Of a DNA stretch of 64,000 nt, positions 8,222 to 18,241 are shown piece after piece; within the stretch, counting starts at the first letter, position 1; each line of letters begins with the position of its first letter. The stretch comes from a phage. The DNA is taken from the NCBI GenBank assembly GCA_025829515.1, contig GCA_025829515.1_4865.1. One strand, 5' to 3'. The notes under the pieces were generated by a model. That model had not been told where the DNA came from and made no database searches. It saw only the letters and a program-made list of their open reading frames with translations. The position numbers were made by a program, and so were the translations under genes.

Positions 8222-8845
8222 TTAATTTGTTAACCCGTTATCTTTCAGGATTTTCAACATCGCATCATTCAACGCCTGCAGTTCTTGATTCTGCTTAGTG
8301 AGTGTTGCAACTTGTTCTGTCAGAGGAACCTGCTCACGGATTTTGGCTTTACGCACCGCTTCCATTTGCAAGTGTTCTTCTTCCGTCACCGTCCCTTCGT
8401 AATCCATCGATGTGATGTCCACACGTGCATCGATTCCTAAACCGCGTTCTAAGATGCTTTTCAGGTCGTTCGTTAGCAGTGTGACATCGACGTATTCGGG
8501 TATTAATGCCAGGTCAATAACCACCACATTGCGTCTATAATTTAACCCATTCAGTCCAGGATACGTCTCAATGTACGTATCAGGCAACTCGTAGACTTGA
8601 CCGTCCCTCGACTTTAATGTTACAATCGAGGCTTCGACATTAGCGTCGCTGATATAGTCGTCACGAGTTAGGCCGACAGGTTTATAATACTTGTTATAAA
8701 CGTCAATATTATTACGTTGGAGTTTCGGAAAGTTCTGTACCGCGTCAACACGGTAAATCACTTTATCTGGCAACGTATAAGGTGCCTTAACCTTGAACAA
8801 CCCCTCAAGGTTAACCTGAGGCGTGTTAGGCAACAGTTGTGCCAT
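8222..8845 (-). CDS. hypothetical protein (C-terminal coiled coil)
   Basis: Minus-strand ORF ending at the bidirectional terminator. Confidence 0.55.
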   Translation of the reverse strand: MAQLLPNTPQVNLEGLFKVKAPYTLPDKVIYRVDAVQNFPKLQRNNIDVYNKYYKPVGLTRDDYISDANVEASIVTLKSRDGQVYELPDTYIETYPGLNGLNYRRNVVVIDLALIPEYVDVTLLTNDLKSILERGLGIDARVDITSMDYEGTVTEEEHLQMEAVRKAKIREQVPLTEQVATLTKQNQELQALNDAMLKILKDNGLTN

Positions 8846-8855
8846 TTAACCCTCC

Positions 8856-10235
8856 TTAGGCTTCTGGCTCTGCCGCAGGGACATCCCAAACAGCTTTGCG
8901 GGCCAAGACACGATACTCCACGTTATCGAATTCGAAGACGTAGAAGTAAACGTTAGGATCGACGTCGTCTACGAGCTTCACGATATCCAGCGGGGTGGAA
9001 TGTGGGTGATACTCTTCCGCTGCGATTAACGCCTGGAAGAACAAGTCCAGCCACTCGGTGGTTTTCTTCGACATTCTCGCAATATCTGCATTGTTAGTGC
9101 CGATTAATGCGTAGTCGGGAATCGTATCGTGCAGGGTCGTTTTGCGTGAATCGTTTTCAGGGCCTGCGATAACTACAGCGTTTAGTGATTTATAGATGGA
9201 CGGTAAATCCGTTACATCGGTAGTTGGAGTTGAGATTGCTCCACTATTTTTTTCCGTAATGGTTTGAACAGTCCACTCCCCAAATCGGGAGATTGCTTTG
9301 ACCCAGAAATCATATGGGAGAATCGGCGAGTATAATGCCGCAACGTCTTCCTCATTTGGAATCCCACGAATTGACCAACCGGGAACAATTGTGAACTTGG
9401 TGGTCGTAAAGATTTCTGGGAACACCTTGACACCCAACGCCACAGTAAAACTGGAGTTTGCCAAAATGTAATCACGCAACGCTTGTTTAATCCTGCTCGG
9501 GTTACGACCCGCGCGTCCGTAGATGATAGCCGACATCGGTATCGGTAAGGTGGAATCAAAGTCTTCCTGGTCGTGCCAAGTATAGATGTTAGTAATCAGG
9601 CTAGTGTACGGATAACCGTCAGCTAATTCGTTAATCTTATTATGGTGATCCGGAAGGTTGAACCCTTCCATTGCCTTTTCGACTACAGATTTCACAGCCA
9701 AGAAAGTATCAACCGGTAATATCGGCATTTGGACTTCAATTTCAAATCCGGTATAGTCCTGATTGAAATCTTCATCAGCAAACCAGAGAATAATCTGGTT
9801 ATTCACATCAGATGGGTCTTCGACTTTATCTGCTGTGGTTTCAAGTTTCCAACTGACCCAACGTGGGAACCAGTTACTGTTAGTCTGAATCATCGCGCCA
9901 GACTGAACACCGCTGATGACACTATTAAATTGCCCCAACAGCAAACGCTGGAATTCAACTTCGTCGTTTCTTAAGTTGCCCAGGATAGACTGTTGGTAGA
10001 TCCATTGGGAAACAGTAAGAACGTGGTCGCTAAAGACGGCCGGGGTCTTAATAGGCAACTCGTCACGTTTAGAAGTAAAAGCAACCAGTTCCACCTGCAG
10101 ATTTTCTTTAGTAAAATACTGCTTGCTTTTAGCGAACGAATATGACAGCTCAGACAACTCACCTACCGGAGCGGTGTTGCCAGGGCCATTATCAATCAGA
10201 GCCGCTATTTGAATAAAGCCTTGTAAATCATACAT
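8856..10235 (-). CDS. hypothetical protein
   Basis: Long minus-strand ORF immediately upstream of 8222-8845. Confidence 0.6.
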   Translation of the reverse strand: MYDLQGFIQIAALIDNGPGNTAPVGELSELSYSFAKSKQYFTKENLQVELVAFTSKRDELPIKTPAVFSDHVLTVSQWIYQQSILGNLRNDEVEFQRLLLGQFNSVISGVQSGAMIQTNSNWFPRWVSWKLETTADKVEDPSDVNNQIILWFADEDFNQDYTGFEIEVQMPILPVDTFLAVKSVVEKAMEGFNLPDHHNKINELADGYPYTSLITNIYTWHDQEDFDSTLPIPMSAIIYGRAGRNPSRIKQALRDYILANSSFTVALGVKVFPEIFTTTKFTIVPGWSIRGIPNEEDVAALYSPILPYDFWVKAISRFGEWTVQTITEKNSGAISTPTTDVTDLPSIYKSLNAVVIAGPENDSRKTTLHDTIPDYALIGTNNADIARMSKKTTEWLDLFFQALIAAEEYHPHSTPLDIVKLVDDVDPNVYFYVFEFDNVEYRVLARKAVWDVPAAEPEA

Positions 10236-10253
10236 AATTAAAAACTCTCCGAG

Positions 10254-10769
10254 GTGAGCATGATAGCATCAGTTTTCAAACTGCTTCCATTCTTACAGAT
10301 GCTGTGGGAAGCATTTAAACCGGGCGAGGGGGAGAAAGTAACACGAGCCGGGAAAATAGTGACACTAGTGATAGTGGCACTGATCGCGTTCTCTGCATTT
10401 GTCTCATATGCCTATATTGTTCAATACCACACACTGGTTAGCGTTCAATCGCGTACTCAGTATCTGGAGATATCCTATAAGGAGCTAAAAGAGAAGTCCG
10501 ATCATAGCGAAGTGGAGAACAATAAGTTGTACGATCGTCTCTTCACGTGCCTGGGTTCTCGACCGCCATATGATGGTACCAAATCTCCAACAGGAACAGG
10601 CACTGAGGCCGCGGTTCCGCCTGTAGATCTCAAGCCGGTAACACCGCCGGCACCGTTAAATCCGTCTAGCCCACCTGCCAAGAAATACCAGGCCGCTTCT
10701 CGCCCGGTAGGGTCGCAGGAGGCAAATGATTTCCGACAGGAGATTATCAGTACGCTTAATAATCCATGA
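10254..10769 (+). CDS. membrane protein with transmembrane anchor, coiled-coil segment and Pro-rich tail (i-spanin-like candidate)
   Basis: Hydrophobic helix IVTLVIVALIAFSAFVSYAYIV; heptad-like segment; PVTPPAPLNPSSPP tail. Confidence 0.5.
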   Translation: MSMIASVFKLLPFLQMLWEAFKPGEGEKVTRAGKIVTLVIVALIAFSAFVSYAYIVQYHTLVSVQSRTQYLEISYKELKEKSDHSEVENNKLYDRLFTCLGSRPPYDGTKSPTGTGTEAAVPPVDLKPVTPPAPLNPSSPPAKKYQAASRPVGSQEANDFRQEIISTLNNP

Positions 10770-10778
10770 GGAGTATAC

Positions 10779-11258
10779 ATGAAGTTATTTTTGGTGGCGA
10801 TACTGGTGCTATTGTTGACAGGATGCCCTGGAGCCATCCGTCACGTAGACCCAGATTACTCCTCAACCGGAGATTGGCCTTTTCGTCCTTTAGAACACCC
10901 ACCAGTTTATGCTGGTGGGAACAGTCCTGAGGTGAAAAAGCTGGCAGGGAAAATGTTTGTTGCGGATGTGAACGCTTATGCTTATTACGTTTATCTGTAC
11001 GCTAAGTCGTTGAACAATTACGCAGAAGCTAAGGGGTGGCGCACCCCGATGGCCGCACCGCTTTGTGAAGAGTTTATTCGCCCCACTCTTCATGATATAC
11101 CCTCCGGGATATATCTCGACCCTGGTTCTCGTAGCCCTCAAGACATTAGTCGTGATTTGTCACGACAGATTAAGTCTCTCATTCGCAGCTATCGCGAAGA
11201 CAGAGAGTCTTTTAATCATGCCTACGAACGGCACAAAAGTAGTTGCCTTGTGCAATGA
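10779..11258 (+). CDS. lipoprotein (o-spanin-like candidate)
   Basis: GAGGAG ribosome-binding site; signal peptide ending in lipobox LLTGC. Confidence 0.6.
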   Translation: MKLFLVAILVLLLTGCPGAIRHVDPDYSSTGDWPFRPLEHPPVYAGGNSPEVKKLAGKMFVADVNAYAYYVYLYAKSLNNYAEAKGWRTPMAAPLCEEFIRPTLHDIPSGIYLDPGSRSPQDISRDLSRQIKSLIRSYREDRESFNHAYERHKSSCLVQ

Positions 11259-11263
11259 AAACT

Positions 11264-11302
11264 CCCTCTTACCTTCGGGTAAGAGGGGATTTCCTTTTTT
11301 TA
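11264..11302 (+). terminator. intrinsic terminator
   Basis: CCCTCTTACC-TTCG-GGTAAGAGGG stem-loop followed by TTTCCTTTTTTT. Confidence 0.65.
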
Positions 11303-11317
11303 CGTTAATAGTCAATA

Positions 11318-11336
11318 GTGTGATATATAATCTCGT
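11318..11336 (+). promoter_or_regulatory. promoter-like element (GTGATATATAATCTCG), variant of the AGATATTATC family
   Basis: AT-rich motif between terminator and next gene start. Confidence 0.35.
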
Positions 11337-11347
11337 GGAGAGTTGAA

Positions 11348-12067
11348 ATGACATATCCTAAAATTCTGCCTGTTTTAACACCAACCGTGGTTGTTGGGAC
11401 GGACTTAGAAACTCTGGCCTTGCGTCCAGATGCCTACATCTTAACGTTGGCAAACGTGGCATTCGATGTTCCGACAATGAAAATGATCGGTTCATGTTAC
11501 CACAAAATCGACCCCAACGATGCAAAAGCAAAAGAAATCTTCTACATCGATCCACAAACGGTCGGTTATTGGGAAGGTAAAGGCGACCCCGAATACGCAC
11601 CGAGCGAGAAAGCACGTATTGAAGCGTTTTCTGGGACCACTCCACTGCCAGAAGCACTGTGGGCGGCCAAAAAATGGTTGGATGATCTGGGCAACGTGAA
11701 AATGGTTATCACCATGCGCGGTCCCGATTTCGATGCTCCAATTCTGATGAACGCATTCGCGCAGTGCGATATCCCGCCGGGCAAGTACCGCAAGTTTTCT
11801 ATATTGGACTCTGACCGGACTGCAGAACGTATTGCATATGCGTTTGGCCTGGAACCGAACTGGCACGCAGAAGCGCACCACTGGACCCGTGGCAAAGAAG
11901 CGTACGAGCATAACGCTAACTTTGATGCTGCGAAGGAAGCGTATTCTACGGCACGCATCTATCATTTGGCCCTGGTCGCGCGTACGTACGGCTTCGAACG
12001 CATGTTAGAAGCCCACCGCGAAATGTGCACAGGTGAATACATTCCACCGCAGTTGCGAGGAGAATAA
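11348..12067 (+). CDS. DEDDh-type 3'-5' exonuclease (DnaQ/RNase T-like)
   Basis: Exo I motif VVGTDLET; H-x4-D motif HNANFDAA near the C-terminus. Confidence 0.6.
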   Translation: MTYPKILPVLTPTVVVGTDLETLALRPDAYILTLANVAFDVPTMKMIGSCYHKIDPNDAKAKEIFYIDPQTVGYWEGKGDPEYAPSEKARIEAFSGTTPLPEALWAAKKWLDDLGNVKMVITMRGPDFDAPILMNAFAQCDIPPGKYRKFSILDSDRTAERIAYAFGLEPNWHAEAHHWTRGKEAYEHNANFDAAKEAYSTARIYHLALVARTYGFERMLEAHREMCTGEYIPPQLRGE

Positions 12068-13581
12068 TGAAAGACGTCGACGTAGCGGTTATTTATACCG
12101 ATGGTAGTCATACTGAGTCCCCGAAAGGTTCGGGGGCTGGTATTCATGGTTATTTATTCAACAACGGAGATTTGGAAGACAGTCAGGCTTATAGCCATCC
12201 GGGTGTTTCAGAACGGATTACCACTGTTGGATACAAAAAAGTGCCGCAGGATGTGAAGTGTCCGGAGTTGCCGGACACCGTTCAATTTGTCGACGCCGTT
12301 ATTCCCGTTCCGAAAGAGTTCTACTCAGATGTGGGCGAGTTAATCGCCTTCATCACGTTGTTTGAGAACGCGCCCTTCCGCGCGAAGAACTATATCATCT
12401 ACGTGGATGCCAGTTACGTTGTAAACACTTTTAACGAGTGGATAGACGGGTGGCATAAACGTGGTTGGGTTCGTGCTGACGGTACTCCGCTGGCGAACAA
12501 AGAACTTATTGTTCGTATCTGGGAAATCAAACAGCAGATGAAAAAAGAAGGACGGGGTGTTAAGGTTATCAAAATCAAAGGACACTCCGGCCACTACGGT
12601 AACGACCGGGCGGACGAATTGGCTAGAAAAGGTTCAGCCATCACAGCGACCAACGACGGCGTTCCATATCAGCCGTACTGGTCGAAGGATGAGTTGCCTG
12701 CATCCGCGGAACCCGAGCCCATCGCCGCTGGGATGAACCTTGCGGCATATCCGCCGGTTTGTACGGTTAAATATTGCTATCCGTTGGTGAACGAGGACCA
12801 TCCTACTGTAAAAGTGAAAGATGAAACTTTCTATTACATGTTTGGTGGCAACCATGCAAAGAACAAGGACGACTTGGTGTTTATTGGGAAAATGATTCCT
12901 GATGCACACTTTTCCGTAATGTTCACTAAACAACCGTGGGATAACATCTACACGATTGTAAACAACCACGCCGCCCTGGCATGGAAAGATACACCGAAGA
13001 TGCGGCAGTATGATCCAATCGGTGTTGTTAACAATGAGTTCGTTAAACGTAAGAAGTTCGTTGACGTGGCAGGTGATGGATTACCGGCAGACAAGATGCA
13101 TTTCAGTGGAGAAGATTCCAATGTCTGGTTCTTTGAAGACCTGGCCATCTCCAGAATGCTTCGCCCGCCCTTATTGTCGTACCGTGCGCTGGATATTCGT
13201 GACGAACTCGCTACAACGTTGAGAGATGTTCTGCATCAGGAAAAGGGTTATGTCTTAAATGATATTACTGACTTGTTGTTCGATGACAAAGGTAAGCCTG
13301 TTAAGGAATACTACCGTAGCGTCGATAAGTCAATAACGTTAAAGATTGACTTTCCGATGGGTAAACGACCTGTCTCGGTTATTTTGACGCGTGGTATTGA
13401 TATTCCATCGCGTACGGAAATCAACCGTATTAAAGAACCCGAAGGCCGTTATTACATCGCGGTGTGTCGTCCTGAAAAATACTACATCCGTTACTTCTTA
13501 ATCTATATCGGTAAAGAGTATCATGGGTTGTGGTGTGCGTATTACGCAAACCGTCGCATACTGCGAGAAGAAGAGGTGTAA
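12067..13581 (+). CDS. RNase H-like nuclease fused to a C-terminal domain of about 310 aa with no recognisable motif
   Basis: N-terminal VAVIYTDGSH and IKIKGHSGHYGNDRADELARKG match RNase HI catalytic motifs. Confidence 0.7.
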   Translation: MKDVDVAVIYTDGSHTESPKGSGAGIHGYLFNNGDLEDSQAYSHPGVSERITTVGYKKVPQDVKCPELPDTVQFVDAVIPVPKEFYSDVGELIAFITLFENAPFRAKNYIIYVDASYVVNTFNEWIDGWHKRGWVRADGTPLANKELIVRIWEIKQQMKKEGRGVKVIKIKGHSGHYGNDRADELARKGSAITATNDGVPYQPYWSKDELPASAEPEPIAAGMNLAAYPPVCTVKYCYPLVNEDHPTVKVKDETFYYMFGGNHAKNKDDLVFIGKMIPDAHFSVMFTKQPWDNIYTIVNNHAALAWKDTPKMRQYDPIGVVNNEFVKRKKFVDVAGDGLPADKMHFSGEDSNVWFFEDLAISRMLRPPLLSYRALDIRDELATTLRDVLHQEKGYVLNDITDLLFDDKGKPVKEYYRSVDKSITLKIDFPMGKRPVSVILTRGIDIPSRTEINRIKEPEGRYYIAVCRPEKYYIRYFLIYIGKEYHGLWCAYYANRRILREEEV

Positions 13582-13582
13582 C

Positions 13583-14323
13583 ATGTTGCGAGTCGTGAGT
13601 GAATCGCTCACGCTCCACACACAAAGTCTGATTAACTGTGTGGAGCAATACGGATGGATGTCGTGGATGGCAACGAACCGTGAGTTTGGTGCTGCGCCCA
13701 TGGAAGATTACGACGTGTTGTACAAGTGGGGATTTGAAGCGGCTTGTGATGTTGTGGCAGAGCTGGTTACCGAAACAATTGCGCGTTACAACGCAAGATG
13801 TGATGAACCGATGCCTAAACAAGTCCCGCCGCAAATACCTCCGCTACCGACAATCGATCGTGAGCATTGTCGAATCTGGACAATGGAAGAGTTGTACGAC
13901 GAACACGTTAGAATGCTGAAACCGAACGAGCTAATAACCGGTGCGTTGAACTGGTTCTTACATCGGTTCTGGACAGAGTTGGTCGATGTGGCGGGTGACG
14001 AAGATAATTGTTCTCAGGTTATTTGGTACGATCGAGCGATGTTTCATCGCAGTCTTAAAGATCGTAGTCTCTGCAACCTGTATATTGTTGACCCGTGTGA
14101 AGACATTGTAAAGGTAGCAGAAGGTAACTCTTATTCCGACTTGGTGATGCCCGTGGTAGAAAAACCGATGGGTATTTTCCTGCAGGGAGACGCTTGGGTT
14201 TTAACGGATGATATCTCGGGCTACCTGCTGGACCCGGATGACATTCACTCGGACGAACCTGATACCATCGAGTATTTTCACTTTACAGAACAGGCAGCAC
14301 GCTTCTTGCATCTCTTAAAGTAA
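13583..14323 (+). CDS. hypothetical protein
   Basis: ATG 13583 with GAAGAGGTG ribosome-binding site just after the upstream stop (track start 13523 overlaps the previous gene). Confidence 0.55.
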   Translation: MLRVVSESLTLHTQSLINCVEQYGWMSWMATNREFGAAPMEDYDVLYKWGFEAACDVVAELVTETIARYNARCDEPMPKQVPPQIPPLPTIDREHCRIWTMEELYDEHVRMLKPNELITGALNWFLHRFWTELVDVAGDEDNCSQVIWYDRAMFHRSLKDRSLCNLYIVDPCEDIVKVAEGNSYSDLVMPVVEKPMGIFLQGDAWVLTDDISGYLLDPDDIHSDEPDTIEYFHFTEQAARFLHLLK

Positions 14324-14325
14324 TC

Positions 14326-14351
14326 TGAGATAGATATTATCTACAGGGACG
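14326..14351 (+). promoter_or_regulatory. conserved phage promoter-like element (TGAGATAGATATTATCTACAGGGAC)
   Basis: Contains near-palindrome AGATA-T-TATCT; upstream of gene 14377. Confidence 0.5.
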
Positions 14352-14376
14352 TAACCTTAAGGAGAATTTATTCACG

Positions 14377-15111
14377 ATGCTTAAAGTCGAAGTGCCAGTG
14401 CTTTTAAACCTCACGCCCCAGTTCTTTGAAGCGTTGTTCGAAAAGCATTGGCCCGCGTTCGCGAAGAACGAACTAAAGGATAACCCACAGTGGTATCCAC
14501 TGCGCGATGAATTCAAGTACACAGCCATCAACGTCTGTATAGAAGTCTTCACTGCGTGGTTACAAGAGATGTACGACTGCATCAACACCGAACGGTTGTT
14601 CACGCTAGAACATGTAGAGATTAATGTTGTTGACGTCTACGAAGGTTACACCTACGAAGAAGGCATTACTGCCACGGGGTTAAGCCAACAAGACGTTGAA
14701 GAACAAATCTTTGCGTGGATCGAGTGGTTTACGGAAAAGTTGATGCTGGCTGATTTTGTCACGCAGGTGGAAGATGTATTCATCCCAATGTACGAGCGGT
14801 TAGCTGAGATACGTCGTAACCATCGTCTGCTCGGTTACTGGTATGACACTTATACCACCTCCTCAACACTGTGGTCTTCCGCTACTGCCGCATTTGGCAT
14901 AACTGATGGCGATTACGATGTCGTTCATTCCGGCCCTTGGCAGTATGGTTTCGGCACCCTGTGGCACGAGCTGACCGATGCCATGTGTCTGGACTTTTAT
15001 CTGTGTGAAGGTAAGTTTTACACGGATAACTGCGTGAGCCAAATTCCGAATGGTGCGATGGTGGTGATGTGTCGCATCCGTAAAGAAGTCGCTGAGAAAC
15101 TAAACTACTGA
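14377..15111 (+). CDS. hypothetical protein
   Basis: TTAAGGAG ribosome-binding site; downstream of promoter-like element. Confidence 0.6.
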   Translation: MLKVEVPVLLNLTPQFFEALFEKHWPAFAKNELKDNPQWYPLRDEFKYTAINVCIEVFTAWLQEMYDCINTERLFTLEHVEINVVDVYEGYTYEEGITATGLSQQDVEEQIFAWIEWFTEKLMLADFVTQVEDVFIPMYERLAEIRRNHRLLGYWYDTYTTSSTLWSSATAAFGITDGDYDVVHSGPWQYGFGTLWHELTDAMCLDFYLCEGKFYTDNCVSQIPNGAMVVMCRIRKEVAEKLNY

Positions 15112-15124
15112 AGGAGTATTTAAA

Positions 15125-15502
15125 ATGACGCAAGACGAATTTGAAACGATGGTAAAACAGTATTACAAAGAAGGTGTGATTCTCTATATTGTCGAACCGG
15201 GACAAGAAGCCTGGTTAAATAAAGCAACGCTGAGTGTCGCTATTCGTGGAGAAGTGACAGTAGAGATGCGCAATATGGCACGTCTTATTCGCGATACTGC
15301 GATTACTGGCGGTAAACTGGTGTCTCTTGCGCATTTCAGAACACAGGGTCGCGATCAGGTATCGCTGGATGCTGAAGTTGATGTCGTTGCTACTGTTGGT
15401 TTTGATTTAGATGGTCTTCCAGGCTCGAACCTTGTCACGATTAAGAAATGGCGTGGATACGATGCAATCCCATCGCCAGGGGTGTGGCCGGCAACCAACT
15501 AG
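15125..15502 (+). CDS. hypothetical protein
   Basis: GAAGGAGTATTTAAAATG ribosome-binding context. Confidence 0.55.
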   Translation: MTQDEFETMVKQYYKEGVILYIVEPGQEAWLNKATLSVAIRGEVTVEMRNMARLIRDTAITGGKLVSLAHFRTQGRDQVSLDAEVDVVATVGFDLDGLPGSNLVTIKKWRGYDAIPSPGVWPATN

Positions 15503-15513
15503 AGGTGGTCGCT

Positions 15514-15921
15514 ATGTTAAAGGTGTATAGCGAGTCATTGATGGACTTGCAAGAGTATCTAAAGCATGTGGAAATTAACGGCAACCGTGGAATGATATAC
15601 TCCATGGTTGTCGAGATTTTAATTAAAATCGTGCTTGTTTCATTCCACGTAGCAGAAAACGGCACTGCTGTACCAGGAGATGTTTATAAAGGCGTTATTA
15701 AGCATCTTAGCGAGCGCTACAGTTGTTTACGTGAACCGGATATCTTTAATGAGGTGCAGCGTGTTGTGTTGCTTATCCTCGACAACCGTGAAGACTTGGC
15801 GTACAAACTTGCGCATGAATTGGCAGACACGTCACAGCACGGTGGACAACTGAAATATAACGTTGTGGATCTCGTAGCGTGCAGATACTGGTATACGCAG
15901 CCCGAGGTAAGTAACTTTTAA
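15514..15921 (+). CDS. hypothetical protein
   Basis: ATG 15514 with GAGGTGG ribosome-binding site (track start 15448 overlaps previous gene). Confidence 0.5.
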   Translation: MLKVYSESLMDLQEYLKHVEINGNRGMIYSMVVEILIKIVLVSFHVAENGTAVPGDVYKGVIKHLSERYSCLREPDIFNEVQRVVLLILDNREDLAYKLAHELADTSQHGGQLKYNVVDLVACRYWYTQPEVSNF

Positions 15922-15931
15922 GGAGCATTAG

Positions 15932-16471
15932 ATGCAAATCGTAATTGACTTCGCTCTGTCGGAGTCGAGACGTCAGCTGGATGAAATTCTGTTAGGATTA
16001 AAACGTGACGTGGAATTTGAACTTCACGATGCGTTGGCCGTCCACGAAAATCGTTTGTCTGACGAAATAGGTTCGGGTGTAGATGTGGCTATCTGTGACA
16101 CTGGGGATATGGTAAATCAGCTTATTGAACGTATGTTCACGCGGCTGCGTAACATTCTGAACTATCCCCATCGTTTTGAACTGGTAGAAGGGACGGACCA
16201 AATCACCGACTTATTGAGTGAAGCCTTTGATAAGGTTGGTGAATCTCTGGCGGGGTTACATCAAGAGAACCTGGGCGAGACATATGTTGCTGTGGTCATT
16301 AACGGGCAAACGTCGAACGTTACGGACACGGTAACATGGTCCGATATCGTTGACCAGCCAATCATTGACAAAATCACCAAGTTGTATCGTGAAGCAGAAA
16401 TGAAAGTGCTGGCTATCTGTCGCCGTGAGTTGTTATACCTCGGTGAGAAATACGGGAAACCTATTGAATGA
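15932..16471 (+). CDS. hypothetical acidic protein
   Basis: TAAGGAGCATTAGATG ribosome-binding context. Confidence 0.55.
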   Translation: MQIVIDFALSESRRQLDEILLGLKRDVEFELHDALAVHENRLSDEIGSGVDVAICDTGDMVNQLIERMFTRLRNILNYPHRFELVEGTDQITDLLSEAFDKVGESLAGLHQENLGETYVAVVINGQTSNVTDTVTWSDIVDQPIIDKITKLYREAEMKVLAICRRELLYLGEKYGKPIE

Positions 16472-17010
16472 AAATATTCATTGATTTACTCGATGACGAA
16501 TTTCGTGAAATATTTCCAGCGGCGTTGTTCGAGTTTAAACGCAAGTGTGAAGACTATCTGATACCGAAGAATATCGATCGTCAGCACCTCGCTGGGCTTA
16601 TCTCTGCAGCGTATGTCAATATCGCGGTAAATGAAGTTCATCAACTCGCGCAACGTATTGCGTGTTTCGAATACAACGACGAAGACATTGAAGACGGTTT
16701 CCTGCAGTCTAAGATGGGTCGCTTCTCACTCGAACTCAAGACCGATGAAGTTATTGATAAGGTCGGTAAAGCGTTTGATGAAATGAAAGACATCGAAATG
16801 ATGATTAAGATGTCTGGACCGGAAGCAGGCCCATTGAAAGAAGCGTGGGAACATCTCAACCGCGACGAGTATAAAGAGATGTACATGGGTGAGTTCACCA
16901 CCATGCTACGTCACCTCGAAGCACAGGTCTGGGAGCATATCGTTTCACGTCTGAAAGAAATACTGATTGTGGTCGAGCCAATGCAGCCTCTTGCTATCAG
17001 TAAATTCTAA
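16468..17010 (+). CDS. hypothetical acidic protein
   Basis: ATGA start-stop overlap with upstream gene. Confidence 0.55.
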   Translation: MKIFIDLLDDEFREIFPAALFEFKRKCEDYLIPKNIDRQHLAGLISAAYVNIAVNEVHQLAQRIACFEYNDEDIEDGFLQSKMGRFSLELKTDEVIDKVGKAFDEMKDIEMMIKMSGPEAGPLKEAWEHLNRDEYKEMYMGEFTTMLRHLEAQVWEHIVSRLKEILIVVEPMQPLAISKF

Positions 17011-17020
17011 ATCGGTCCGA

Positions 17021-17082
17021 AATAAAATAAAGCCTACCCACTCCCGTAAGGGGAGTGGGTACTGCTTACTTTTTATTTTTTG
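17021..17082. terminator. bidirectional intrinsic terminator
   Basis: A-tract, stem TACCCACTCCC/GGGAGTGGGTA, T-tract; near-identical stem to the terminator at 8171-8219. Confidence 0.7.
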
Positions 17083-17828
17083 TTTGCTTTCAGGGTCTTG
17101 AGGCGATCACCGGTTACGTTCAGGCATTCTGTCAGTTCATTAATCTGTTTCATAAACAGTCCGAACAGCTCAACCCAGTCAGCACCCATGTCAGCCATTT
17201 TCACTAACTCTGCCGCCACATTAGGATGGACTTGTGAATTAGAGATAATGTCTACAGAGACGTTGATGCTTTCAACTGTACGGTCAATACCTTTCTGGAG
17301 TTTCTTAGTCACTTCCAGGTTCAGCGCTTTGGCACGATTAAACGCAACGTCAATCTCACCTGCACTGTGGTAGGTCTTTTCAATCGCACGCTGGTCGATC
17401 ACGTTGTTGGTATACGACTTCGCCAGTTTCTCAACCAGATCTTTTGGATTGATATTTTTCAGCGGGTAGTTCAGGTCTTTGAACTTAAACCCAATCGGCA
17501 GAGTTAACATGCCCAGGTCATGGGTCATCGCACCGAAACGTTTATCGATGGGTGTTAAAACCCCTTCCTGAATCTTCTGGAGCACAGCCCATACAGATTC
17601 CAACCGTTCTATGTGGTCCATCACATACGTGTTGAAGCCCGGAGGTACGGGTACAAGCATTCCGGTAAAGTTTAAAAACTTCTCTTGCTGCATCCACTTG
17701 GACACATCAGACATGTCGTCATAGGTGGTCAGCGCGAGTTCCTGTTGAGAGCCGCTAAAGGCTTTAGGCAGAATCGTGGATGCTTTGGCAACAAAGCCCG
17801 ACAACGCTGCAAGTGGATTAACATTCAT
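17073..17828 (-). CDS. hypothetical protein
   Basis: Minus-strand ORF ending inside the bidirectional terminator. Confidence 0.55.
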   Translation of the reverse strand: MNVNPLAALSGFVAKASTILPKAFSGSQQELALTTYDDMSDVSKWMQQEKFLNFTGMLVPVPPGFNTYVMDHIERLESVWAVLQKIQEGVLTPIDKRFGAMTHDLGMLTLPIGFKFKDLNYPLKNINPKDLVEKLAKSYTNNVIDQRAIEKTYHSAGEIDVAFNRAKALNLEVTKKLQKGIDRTVESINVSVDIISNSQVHPNVAAELVKMADMGADWVELFGLFMKQINELTECLNVTGDRLKTLKANKK

Positions 17829-17926
17829 TCTATCAACCTCGAATATATAAGGGATTGGGCTACATAGTAAGTCTTTTACGTATCACCCAAACCTTATGTA
17901 CGAGAACTGCATAAAGGTAACATCTG

Positions 17927-18226
17927 ATGAGAATCAAATTACTGACTCGCGCTTTAACCTCTCGTATCGAACCTGAGATTTACACCACCCCGACGAAGAA
18001 GAATACCGATGGTAGTCCGATCGTGGTTGGTAAAATCCTGAACGTGACCACTCGTGCTGATGGTCAGCGCGTTCTGGAAATCGAAATCGACGAACGTAAC
18101 CGTAACCGCTTCAAGGGCATTTCTAATATCAACCCTAAAGATGACAGTCAAGTCACCGAGTGGGCAGAAATGCATTTCGAAGTTTGGCATAAACGTCGTC
18201 TGTTACTCCCACTGAAAAAACGCTAA
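17927..18226 (+). CDS. hypothetical protein
   Basis: ORF with AAAGG ribosome-binding site. Confidence 0.5.
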   Translation: MRIKLLTRALTSRIEPEIYTTPTKKNTDGSPIVVGKILNVTTRADGQRVLEIEIDERNRNRFKGISNINPKDDSQVTEWAEMHFEVWHKRRLLLPLKKR

Positions 18227-18241
18227 TTGACGGAGCGCTAA

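Noticed and set aside
11492-11965. Minus-strand ORFs overlapping the DEDDh exonuclease gene
   Set aside because: Antisense to a gene with clear catalytic motifs; no independent support.
17840-17854. CGAATATATAAGGG as a sixth copy of the promoter-like element
   Set aside because: Only a partial match to the AGATATTATC core; left as unassigned AT-rich sequence in a divergent gap.
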